From a virus (lineage: Duplodnaviria; Heunggongvirae; Uroviricota; Caudoviricetes): a stretch of 64,000 bases of DNA. The stretch is from positions 1 through 64,000 of the IMG/VR virus record IMGVR_UViG_3300014489_000001. One strand, written 5' to 3'. Below, piece after piece: positions 19,933 through 28,491 of this stretch. The notes under the pieces are model-generated. The model worked only from the letters and a program-made list of their open reading frames with translations. It had not been told where the DNA came from and did no database searches. Numbering within the stretch: position 1 is the first letter of the stretch; each line of letters begins with the position of its first letter. The translations under genes were made by a program, and so were the position numbers.

Positions 19933-19933
19933 G
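19908..19933. terminator. GC-rich perfect hairpin (GGGGAGGGAC-cgaa-GTCCCTCCCC), first of three hairpins in the 19.9-20.07 kb intergenic region
   Basis: 10-bp perfect stem with 4-nt loop; followed by CTTAGGGAG...CTCCCTAAG (19934-19965) and GCCGGGGC-catt-GCCCCGGC (20049-20068). Confidence 0.4.
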
Positions 19934-20273
19934 ACCTTAGGGAGCCGATTGCACTCCCTCCCTAAGACTCCATTACAGAGTCGAAATCATAAAGCACCCC
20001 TTTGTACGCGAGTACATAAGAAGCCAATCAACCTACTCACCACAACAAGCCGGGGCCATTGCCCCGGCTAAAAGTATATGCGGAAGACTGCGGTTAGACT
20101 CGCTTCATGATTATATCCTCCATACATTGTTTTGGTTTTGCGGACACATGACACACGTCACATGAATCCGAGGCGCGCCCGGCGGAGGTCAAGAAAGAAG
20201 GTTATACGTAGCAACAATTGATGCAATTGTCATTTGATTGTCCTTTCTGAAAATAGGGTGTAACTGGAACACG

Positions 20274-20510
20274 CTAAAGCGGCATCGCGAAGTGCTTTAC
20301 GGGTCCTTCGCGGAAGGACTCAATCCGAAAAGAATCATCGTCGCGAGGCTCAGCGTTGCCTGGTAGTCCCCCACGTTTGGAGACTTGGGCGTTTTCTCTA
20401 CTGCACGTTGGGCAAATCCGATTAAACGGACTTGTCGGTTGAAATGACTTCCCGCATTTGTTGCAAGGCTTCTTCATCAATTCCTCCGGAAGTAACGTGA
20501 TTGGCGACAA
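20274..20510 (-). CDS. small Cys-rich (zinc-ribbon-like) protein
   Basis: CNKCGK...CPTC pairs. Confidence 0.4.
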   Translation of the reverse strand: MSPITLLPEELMKKPCNKCGKSFQPTSPFNRICPTCSRENAQVSKRGGLPGNAEPRDDDSFRIESFREGPVKHFAMPL

Positions 20511-20817
20511 ATCGAAGAATCAACGGATGAGTCTTCAACCATTCGCCGGCATTGGAAATCTTTGTCAAGCTAATCTGACGAGCGTTGTTCAAATCAGCCT
20601 GAAATTCAGCGTAACCATCCTCCAGGTCCTTGACTTGAATATCGTTGTCAAGAGAGTGAGCAAATTGAAAGAATGGTTCAAGCTGCTGAGCCGTGTACTT
20701 GTTTACGATGCCAGTGACGAAATTGACAAACGACCCGTGAAGAAACTGGTCAATTTTCGTCAGAGTGTCTTGACCCGTCGTAATTGCATTATAGAGTTCT
20801 GATGGATTCATGACCAT
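20422..20817 (-). CDS. hypothetical protein
   Basis: 131-aa ORF. Confidence 0.4.
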   Translation of the reverse strand: MVMNPSELYNAITTGQDTLTKIDQFLHGSFVNFVTGIVNKYTAQQLEPFFQFAHSLDNDIQVKDLEDGYAEFQADLNNARQISLTKISNAGEWLKTHPLILRFVANHVTSGGIDEEALQQMREVISTDKSV

Positions 20818-20988
20818 CCTTTACAACGACATCGATCGCGATTCCTGGCGTACCGATATCTTTTTGAATAAGTTCCTCTTTCCGTTGAAGAACCAAGTCT
20901 AATCCAGGACGTTGGTCGTACACATGAACCACGCAATCGTGGACTGAATGTTCCATTGTAATTCCGCCATCTTCCAAAATTGTCACTA

Positions 20989-21357
20989 TCATGCGATGCC
21001 CGCCCACAAGAGATAGGGATTGTGTTCCCAGGTGTACATTTTACCACAATCTTCCGTGAGAGTTGTTCCGTCCCAACGGACCAATTTGTAATCCCAAGGT
21101 GTCCTGGCTTTGTTAGGATCAGGTTTCACTACCAAGAGATTATTACTGGTCGGTATGCAAAACGGATACCAGTAAATCTTTTGTTTGGGTGTCGCAGATA
21201 GTTCCAATATGTCAGCTTCGCAAAGCACACTCTTGAGCCGATCATATTCCTCCTGGTAGACCGGATTCCCCTTGAGTTGTTGCAGGTACTGGACAGTGTT
21301 CATTGTATCCCTCAGGCAGCCATTGGAAAATCTCAGGCAGCACGCCAGGGTGCCCAT
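20989..21357 (-). CDS. hypothetical protein
   Basis: 122-aa ORF. Confidence 0.35.
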   Translation of the reverse strand: MGTLACCLRFSNGCLRDTMNTVQYLQQLKGNPVYQEEYDRLKSVLCEADILELSATPKQKIYWYPFCIPTSNNLLVVKPDPNKARTPWDYKLVRWDGTTLTEDCGKMYTWEHNPYLLWAGIA

Positions 21358-21628
21358 CCCTGTGTAGACGAATCAGTTTCCTGATTCTTGCCAACAAGAT
21401 CATCATCTTGTCTGGGTTGTACTTCATGGTGATAAGGTCTTCATCGACCTCGACTATGTTGCCGGAAGCAATCCTCTCACCACCTTTGACCACGTAATAT
21501 TTTGGGCCTACGAATTCCATGGTTGCACCTTCCTGCAACAATGGCATAGGATCGAAGACACGATACATAGTCAGTCTCCCGTCTTTGAAGTGCCCAGAAT
21601 CGTCGCCAGCGAAGATGCCGTGAATCAT
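21242..21628 (-). CDS. hypothetical protein (start trimmed to MIHGIFAGDD with GGAGGAAAA SD)
   Basis: track ORF 21242..21832 overlaps the DHH gene; internal ATG at 21628 gives a 4-nt overlap. Confidence 0.4.
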   Translation of the reverse strand: MIHGIFAGDDSGHFKDGRLTMYRVFDPMPLLQEGATMEFVGPKYYVVKGGERIASGNIVEVDEDLITMKYNPDKMMILLARIRKLIRLHRDGHPGVLPEIFQWLPEGYNEHCPVPATTQGESGLPGGI

Positions 21629-22488
21629 TTTTCCTCCACGTTTGGAGAATCTCCATGTCGTGGTCCAGTTATTGCGTCCAAGAATTCTTGGTGCCACGGA
21701 ACAGAGAACGAAGCAGCATGTGCATGCCCTCCTCCTCCATATAATTGTGCAATTGCAGAGACATCGATTCCCGTATCGTTGCTTGAACGAAGAGAATACA
21801 CGAATCGTTTTATACGATCTTGGTTGAACCATACTATGGCAAATGGACGACCAAGCCCTAACTCATGACCGATTTCACTTGCGAGAACTGTTGAGTTGAC
21901 ACTCATCACCTTGTGCCCATGGAATTCGATTTCGCGGGCCTGGGACACAGCCTGGCGAATGATCTTTTCTTGGTAGCGGATAATCGGTCGGCCTTCCTTG
22001 ACACACGCATCACGACCCATCAGCACAAACTTCTCGCAGTTGGCCAGTGAGAAAGCGTAGCTTTGGATGCAGGCGTCAACTTCTTTGGATTCGGGGAGTT
22101 CCCATTTCCAAAGATCACGATCTCGGATGTAGGGGAGAATCCACAACATCTCGCGATCAGGTTTGAGATACTTCCAAGCGAGTGTCGCGCCAGATTCATC
22201 GTTATCGTCGATATACGAAAACGGATAATCAGGCACGAAGCCTTCAAGTTGTTCGCGAGTGGATTTGTGGTGGTCGATGACCAGAAGGGATTTCGGATGT
22301 ACGCTTTTGAGGATCGCAATGTCTGGACAGTAGTCCACACAAACGATTGAGTCCTCATCCGAAATTTGAGGGAGTTGTTCCTGATACCGGACAGGTATCA
22401 GGTCGGCACCTTTGAAATATGATTCTGCGATGTACGCTGCGAAGATTCCGTCGGCGCAATTTGCGTGGAAGAGCAACTTAGTTGACAT
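21625..22488 (-). CDS. DHH-family phosphoesterase (NrnA/RecJ-like) with DHHA1 domain
   Basis: HANCADG (motif I), VIDHH (motif III), GGGGHAHA (DHHA1 GGGH). Confidence 0.7.
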   Translation of the reverse strand: MSTKLLFHANCADGIFAAYIAESYFKGADLIPVRYQEQLPQISDEDSIVCVDYCPDIAILKSVHPKSLLVIDHHKSTREQLEGFVPDYPFSYIDDNDESGATLAWKYLKPDREMLWILPYIRDRDLWKWELPESKEVDACIQSYAFSLANCEKFVLMGRDACVKEGRPIIRYQEKIIRQAVSQAREIEFHGHKVMSVNSTVLASEIGHELGLGRPFAIVWFNQDRIKRFVYSLRSSNDTGIDVSAIAQLYGGGGHAHAASFSVPWHQEFLDAITGPRHGDSPNVEEK

Positions 22489-23044
22489 GATTAAGTTCCT
22501 TCAAGTCGTTAAGGACTGCAAATTCACCAAAAAGTTCAGTCACAGCATTGTTGTATGCAATTGCTGCTTCTAACTCAGTGTTGAAAGTTCCAATCGTAAT
22601 CTGAACGCCATTTTCGTAGGTGTAGGCTTGATAACCTTTACCCATTGGTCGAATGCCACGAAATCGTGACTGGTTGTTTCTTTGTAATCGATTCCTTCGA
22701 TTTTGAGAAACTGTAGCCATACGTAGATTATCTTTTTGACAATCTGTTCTATCTCGATTCTTATGGTCTACTTGTTTACCATCTTCATAACGACCATCAC
22801 GTTTCATTATCTCTATGTGTAAATAGAGATCAACTCCATTTTCTTTTCGACGTGCATAATGCCCTGGAGTATACGTCCAAATCCAATGATTAAAGAAATC
22901 GAAATCATTGTCATCAATTTTGATTTCGACAAAATAATCCGTTATCAACGTCTTCATATTTCGTCGAACGGTTCTTCTGTATAACCCAAAGTGAGTAGAT
23001 GGTCGCAAAATTCGTACATCAGAGCAGTAGTTTTCTTGAACCAC
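22478..23044 (-). CDS. HNH homing endonuclease with AP2 domain (second copy)
   Basis: DHKNRDRTDCQKDNLR (HNH) plus C-terminal AP2-like GVQITIGTFNTELEAAIAYNNAV. Confidence 0.65.
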   Translation of the reverse strand: MVQENYCSDVRILRPSTHFGLYRRTVRRNMKTLITDYFVEIKIDDNDFDFFNHWIWTYTPGHYARRKENGVDLYLHIEIMKRDGRYEDGKQVDHKNRDRTDCQKDNLRMATVSQNRRNRLQRNNQSRFRGIRPMGKGYQAYTYENGVQITIGTFNTELEAAIAYNNAVTELFGEFAVLNDLKELNHVN

Positions 23045-23367
23045 TCTGACCTACGGTAGTGAAACGATTCCACTTGAGCATTGTTGAAATTTGGCCACGG
23101 AGCATTCCATCCTTCTGGTTTGCCAGGCCATACTTCTAGTGGACCGATTTTGGATTCCATCCAGGTTTCCATTGCAGCGTGCATATCGACGACCGGGCCA
23201 ATAAAGGCCCGGTCGTTAATGAGATAGATCATATCTCTCCCTTAAACGTGGTCGGGGGACGTTTCAATCCCCCGCAAAGGCTAATCAGCTTTGCTACCAG
23301 CAAACATCGTTGGGTGAATTACTTCCAATTAGATTGCCAAGCTCTAAGCCACCCGGACACCTGAAAA

Positions 23368-24792
23368 TCATTGGGACTCGCTGGTGCGAATGAAGTCGAT
23401 GATCGCTTCGGACCACCCGCTGATATGGGTGAAGTTGCCGTAGCCGATTCCATTCTTGTCAGCACTGATGTTGATCAGGTAGTTCTCGTCACCGAATGCT
23501 TCCGCGGCGTTGGGATCGCACTTTGCATTCATGCCGGTTGCACAATCCTGCTCATCCGTAATGACGATGACGCGAGCCGCTTCGCCGTGTTCCTGTTCGC
23601 TGACGTAATCCATGCACTGAGTCAAGAAGATGCCACCGTGGCCGATTTCAGATTCCATCTTCATCTGGGCGAAAATCTCACCCAGAGCGAAACCACGACG
23701 CGCCGGAACCTGCTTCGTGGCATGTTTTCGGCGTTCATCAGACCCAGCAGTCGCATAGATGACCGGGTCTTCGGCAATCTCACGAATGAGAATCGCCAAA
23801 GCACCAGCAGCGTCCAATCTGGTCAGGTCACTCTTCTGCGAAATCTGCTTGCCGTGCATGGAACCAGACACGTCTATGATTAGGACGGTCTTACCAGGCA
23901 GTTTTTCGACCTTGGCAACGCATCGAAGCATCATATCTTCGATCATCGGTTCCCATCGCGGGCAAGCACGAGCCGCCGAGATGAATCGAAAAGGCAGAAC
24001 GCGGTCGAGAGGAACGTGCTTCGCGTACTCACGAACCAGGCCGGCGTCCACGCCAGACTGTTCCATGTTGCGAAGATTCCGAATGAAGGCTAAAGCGTAG
24101 AGCTTCTCTTCACGCATCAACCGCTCGAACGTCTCTTTCTTGTCAGCACCCGCGGAAAGTTCCGTTTCCCAAGTGTCGGGCGTCTGGAGCGTGCCGGCGA
24201 CCAATTTGCCGTACAACGATTCCGGATGGCGAAGAAGAATTTTCTCGTGGCCGTCCTTGTATTTCCGAGTGTATTTCTTGGAACGGCCGTTGCCCTTCGG
24301 TCCCGGATTCGCGTGACACAGGAACAACACGTCTTTGAGCTTGATCGCGTTGTTCTGGTTGTCGTACTTCGCGAGACTGTACTCGTTGAAGTTTCCGAAA
24401 GCCGCAGCGAGACCCTTCTTGACCTGGGCCGCAATCGGACACTTGCCGTCTTTCCAGTAGATCGAGAGGAACTAGGCCAACTCGTCGGGCCGCTGAATGA
24501 TTTCAGGTAGGAGTTTGCTCAGTTGTCCCTTGTGAACCGGCAGGCGAGCCATCTCGCGTGCAATCAGAAGCGGAACGTGCCGGAGTTTCTGGACAGTACG
24601 AGCTTGAATTGCGATTGCCGAGACCCGATCTGCTGGGACTTTGGCAATCAGAGAGCCGATGCGGGCGGCGATCTCTTCACCGGATTCGTAGAAATTGTCT
24701 TCCCAAAGCATACACGCCATTACGGAACGCCGAAGCTGTTCCTCAGTGTTGACGCTCACCGCACGAGCGCCGCCATGTGTTTTCACCGGCAT
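23368..24792 (-). pseudogene. rsr: Ro60/TROVE-domain protein with C-terminal vWA domain (Rsr-like), interrupted by an in-frame TAG at 24469-24471; pseudogene or read-through
   Basis: N-terminal segment contains the TROVE hallmark MLWEDNFYE. After TAG the frame continues FLSIYWKDGKCPIAAQVKKGLAAAFGNFNEYSLAKYDNQNNAIKLKDVLFLCHANPGP into ORF 23368..24330, whose C-terminal half has a vWA-type MIDAS (LIIDVSGSM). Confidence 0.7.
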
Positions 24793-25051
24793 TTTCGGTT
24801 CCTCCAGATTAAGGGATATACCACAAAAGTTGCAGGGATTAAACGATTCAGGGAGACATCATCAAAAGAAGTACCTGAATCTTACGCCACTGCAAGACAG
24901 ATTCGGGGAATAATTGACTACGGTTATCCCAGGTGTCAGGGTTTACAGCCCTGATCCTTGGGACTTCACTAATCAGAGAAGTATCCGTTGTCTACGCCAC
25001 CGAAAGACAGATGACGGGAATTGACGATTTCAGTTTTGGCCCTCTCGGGCG

Positions 25052-25122
25052 GTCTTTTGCTCTACCTTGGTGAGCTACAGCCAACTTGCGTTGCTGTTGG
25101 GAGTCGAACCCAATACCTAAAG
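25052..25122 (-). ncRNA. circularly permuted tRNA-like module (3' half - linker - 5' half)
   Basis: minus strand: TCTTT-AGGTA-TTGGG-TTCGACT-CCCAA-CAGCAAC-gcaag-TTGGCTG-TA-GCTC-ACCAAGGTA-GAGC-A-AAAGA; anticodon-stem strands AAAGA/TCTTT pair across the permutation. Confidence 0.5.
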
Positions 25123-25317
25123 AAGTAACTGTAATCTTCGCCACGTCAAGACTAACGACTCCAAAGGATTTACGACCTGTTTTATAGCGTCGTGAAAAAA
25201 GCACCGGGGATTAATCGGCACAGTTATGTCCATTTAAGGACACTCTAAGCAAGAAGTAACTGTGATCCTATCGCCACCGGATTGCAGATGCAGGGATTTG
25301 TCGCTACAGGCTTTCTG

Positions 25318-25388
25318 ACCGCTGCTCTTACACTGAGCTATGATGTCCGATCAGGACACCAGTTGGAATCAAACCAACGACCCGCGGT
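25318..25388 (-). ncRNA. circularly permuted tRNA-like module
   Basis: minus strand: ACCGC-GGGTC-GTTGG-TTTGATT-CCAAC-TGGTGTC-ctgatcg-GACATCA-TA-GCTC-AGTGTAA-GAGC-A-GCGGT; acceptor 7 bp (one G.U), anticodon stem GCGGT/ACCGC. Confidence 0.55.
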
Positions 25389-26180
25389 TTTCTTTGAAGT
25401 AACTGTAACTACGCCACTGCAAGAATCAGACCAACAACTACGCCAGCAGCAAAAGCTGCTATGATTACCAGTAGTTCAAACAGCAGAAAACAACCACAAC
25501 TTTTGTTGATCTCTTTTTCAGTCGGAATCAGATGACCAAACATTGAGCTATCCATCGTGTCTCCTGGATGTGGGGATTATTCACTACGGGGTAGCAGTGT
25601 TGAAACTGCAACAGCTTTCGCTGTTCTAACCGAAGTAACCGTAAGTAACGCCACCACAAGATTAAAAGGCTCATGTTATCTGTTATTCACCTTCGACCTT
25701 CGCATCATGCTACTTCCGTGGCAGACCACGCCATGAGCCTGCACCGTTGCCCATCCTCGGTGTACGGTATCGGGGATTATGCGATTCAGTGCTTTTTAGA
25801 AGGAAGTAACTGAATCTAACGCCACCGATGATTTAAGAGGGTTTTGTTTACGCAGCTTATCCCTTCAAGTGAGGGTTGCCATAGATGGGTCCCCGCTGCG
25901 TGGGCTAGGCAGTTCATGTGGCCGGGTTTCCCCGGCCCCGCGAACAATCTAAGACCCTAACCATCATTAGAAAGATTCAAAAGTCCGGGAATAATTTAGC
26001 TTCGGTTTTTCGTGTTGATGGTAGAAGTAACCGAAACAATCGCCACGGAACTAGCGTAGGTGGTGAGTTGCTTTAGGCCAGGTTGTTACTCACAATCGCT
26101 GTCTGGCCACCTTTGGATTCGTGAGGGCGGCTACACGCCGCCCTCGGCTTAATCAACAACCTCGTGCCTCATGCTTCAGC

Positions 26181-26254
26181 GCGAGTGTCCTGGACCGGTC
26201 TAGACGATACAATCCTTGTGGGATTGCAATGGGATTTGAACCCATGTTTCTCGC
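26181..26254 (-). ncRNA. circularly permuted tRNA-like module
   Basis: minus strand: GCGAG-AAAC-ATGGG-TTCAAAT-CCCAT-TGCAATC-ccacaag-GATTGTA-TC-GTC-tagaccggtccag-GAC-A-CTCGC; acceptor 7 bp (one G.U), anticodon stem CTCGC/GCGAG; flanks form an imperfect bulged helix. Confidence 0.5.
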
Positions 26255-26364
26255 AGCTTTGAGCCAGGGATTTTGCGATCACGGCGGGCACTTTTAACAG
26301 AAGTAGCCGTAATCTGTCGCCACTGGTTTGCGATTCGATTCTTGCAAGTCTCTCTGCCTAGTCC

Positions 26365-26393
26365 ATTATACCATAAAAAAGGTATCCTGTCAA
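26365..26393 (-). promoter_or_regulatory. consensus sigma-70 promoter with extended -10 (TTGACA-17-TGgTATAAT) reading into the ncRNA array and rsr
   Basis: rc reads TTGACAggataccttttttatgGTATAATgg; shares the 16-nt block tccattataccataa with the promoter at 1489-1517. Confidence 0.6.
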
Positions 26394-26429
26394 GAGCAAA
26401 AGCAAGAATTATCGGAGGAAGATTCGATT

Positions 26430-26642
26430 TCAGATCGTAACTTCATAGTTAGTATCAGTAATCGCAGCAGGCACACCCTTGATGCACTTGTTGGGATCAA
26501 GGTCATTAGCGATACATTGCTGAATCGCCATGTCCAAATCCCCACACAAGCCGAAGGGTGTAATCCACCACACCTTGAAATCGATAATCTTTTCGACCTT
26601 CCCAGGTTCGATCTCGATTGTTCTATTGACTAGGTTGATCAT
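26430..26642 (-). CDS. hypothetical protein
   Basis: 70-aa ORF. Confidence 0.35.
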   Translation of the reverse strand: MINLVNRTIEIEPGKVEKIIDFKVWWITPFGLCGDLDMAIQQCIANDLDPNKCIKGVPAAITDTNYEVTI

Positions 26643-28408
26643 GATTTCGATTCCTCAAGAGCTTTTGCCAAAGCTAAGCCACTGGTGCCGAACATCAACA
26701 AATGAGCACACACAGAGACGATTAACTTTTTGCGTTTCACGTCCGATTCGTCACGCATCTTGTCAGCGTCGTCACGTTTCCGGAGAAGCACTTCACGTTC
26801 TTTTGACGCACGACTCAAGCATTCGTCGCGATTCTTCACGATAGCAGAGCGATCCGCGATGATTTCTGACACACGACTCTCTGCCGCCCTCTTCTCTCCA
26901 AGAAGACTTGAAATACGGCACTTGGATTGCTCAACCGATTCGCGAAGAGCATTTCGACTTTCGATCATCTTCGCCAATTCGGCTTTCTGGCGTTCAGTCT
27001 TAGCCGTAAGCTCGTTATTTATGGCATCGGTCTTTTCTGCGGTCTTCTTGAGTCGGTTTAATTCGACTTCAAGATTGTGACGTTCGCCGTCGATGTTGGC
27101 CGCAAGCCTCTTGCCGTCCAAGATTTCCGCTTCCAGATTGGAAATCTTATATGCCTCAGAAGATACTGCATCGCGGCTTTCAACAAGCCGCTTGTTTGCC
27201 CGTTCGGCACACTGCACAGCTTCCTCAAGGAAGTGAATCTTTCGATTCAAATCAGCAATCAGAGGGTCGTCCTCGATCTGGTTTTGCAGTTGGAGAATCC
27301 TGGTATTCTGTTGCTGCAATTCCGTTCGTTGGTTTTCAAATGAAGAACGAATGTTATTGGATTCTTTACGAATCCTGTTCAACTCTTGCTCAAGATCACG
27401 ATTCTGCTTATCAAAATCGTTGAGCTTATCGTTGGTGACCTTGTACCGCCCTTGCAGACTTTCGAGATTCTTTTCAAGACTTGTAATCTTCATCTTGGAA
27501 AATTCCAAGTCTTGAGCCAGACATTTCGAGAGTCGGAGTTGTTCATTCTCCGACTTGAGCGCCCTGAAATCGATATCTCGACGCTCCAACAAGGTAGCAC
27601 TATACAACGCTGCTGCCTTGTTCTCATGACAATCGATTTGAAGAGTAGCAATCGATTTAGCCTGATCAGCCAGACGATCACCCTGACTCTTGGTTCCTTC
27701 CACGAGGCGGTCGATCTCGATGGTCTTGCCGCGGATGACTTCCTCAAGACAACAAATCTGTTGGCGGTCTGAATTGTCGAGAAGATTCCCGATACGTGTA
27801 CTCGCAGAAAGAAGCTGATCGTCTTTCCTCTTCAACTCTGCCCGTAATAGCTCAATCTCTTTGATCTTGTCGTCAACACGAGTCTTCTCTTGCAAATGCT
27901 GTAGCGTTCGTTCCTTCAACTCAGCTTCTCGTTCGTGAACCAAATCAAGACGACACCGAGAAATCTTTTTCTCGTGATCAAGATTGGCTCTATTCGTCTC
28001 GAAAGAATCGAGCATAGCGTCTGATCGTTCAGCATCACGCTGATCCCATTCGTCGATCTCAGCCTGCAACTTCTTGACCAGGTTCTTGAGTTCCTCGTTC
28101 TCTGTTCTCAAGTTCAGAAACTGCGGGTACAGAATCTCCCGCGACGGCATAAGGTGGTACCGTAAGGTGAGGTCCGATAGTTGCTGCTGTAAATCCTTGT
28201 TGGTCTTTTTCTGCTCGTGCAACTCGTGGCTGCGTTCCGTCAGCTTTCGCATATGGGATTTGAGTCGCTCCCTCATGCCCAGGACAGCTTTCTCCAGGTT
28301 GATGATTATGAGTGATTTGCTCATCGGGAATGTACCTTCCAAAGTTAGAATGTGATTTCCTTGCCATGTGCTTGAAACAGCCAAGACACACATAATACTT
28401 GTAGCCAT
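26639..28408 (-). CDS. long coiled-coil protein (SMC/tape-measure-like heptad-rich), start probably near MSKSLII (~28325)
   Basis: 589-aa ORF dominated by E/K/L/Q/R heptads; no enzymatic motifs. Confidence 0.45.
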   Translation of the reverse strand: MATSIMCVLAVSSTWQGNHILTLEGTFPMSKSLIIINLEKAVLGMRERLKSHMRKLTERSHELHEQKKTNKDLQQQLSDLTLRYHLMPSREILYPQFLNLRTENEELKNLVKKLQAEIDEWDQRDAERSDAMLDSFETNRANLDHEKKISRCRLDLVHEREAELKERTLQHLQEKTRVDDKIKEIELLRAELKRKDDQLLSASTRIGNLLDNSDRQQICCLEEVIRGKTIEIDRLVEGTKSQGDRLADQAKSIATLQIDCHENKAAALYSATLLERRDIDFRALKSENEQLRLSKCLAQDLEFSKMKITSLEKNLESLQGRYKVTNDKLNDFDKQNRDLEQELNRIRKESNNIRSSFENQRTELQQQNTRILQLQNQIEDDPLIADLNRKIHFLEEAVQCAERANKRLVESRDAVSSEAYKISNLEAEILDGKRLAANIDGERHNLEVELNRLKKTAEKTDAINNELTAKTERQKAELAKMIESRNALRESVEQSKCRISSLLGEKRAAESRVSEIIADRSAIVKNRDECLSRASKEREVLLRKRDDADKMRDESDVKRKKLIVSVCAHLLMFGTSGLALAKALEESKS

Positions 28409-28491
28409 CCCTGCCGCGCTGAAAGACCTTGAAAGCCCCTTTGAGCTTATCTCCGCAGAATTTGTTTTCGCACCAGCCCTTCATAGGGCGT

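Larger units (their letters stand above)
24868..26323 (-). repeat. nine copies of a 23-nt direct repeat, + strand consensus GAAGTAACYGTAAYCTnnCGCCAC
   Basis: copies start at 24868, 24978, 25121, 25252, 25396, 25632, 25804, 26024, 26300; not palindromic; spacers 87-253 nt. Confidence 0.8.
24868..26358 (-). ncRNA. tandem array of structured non-coding RNAs (Y-RNA/YrlA-like tRNA mimics) co-transcribed toward rsr
   Basis: no ORFs >60 aa on the expected strand; nine conserved 23-nt repeats delimit units of 87-253 nt. Units contain strong hairpins and, in at least three cases, T-arm/acceptor/D-arm modules in permuted order. Directly downstream of the consensus promoter at 26365-26393. Confidence 0.55.

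Noticed and set aside
25052-25388. Reading the D-arm and T-arm blocks as conventional tRNAs split by long introns containing the repeat
   Set aside because: The 5' acceptor strand is complementary to the 3' acceptor strand lying immediately next to it (separated by 5-7 nt), not to one in the neighbouring unit, and no T-arm follows the 5' halves on the transcribed strand.
24868-26323. CRISPR array interpretation of the 23-nt repeat array
   Set aside because: The repeat is 23 nt, non-palindromic, the spacers are 87-253 nt (far longer than CRISPR spacers) and contain tRNA-like and hairpin structures, and there are no cas genes in the window.
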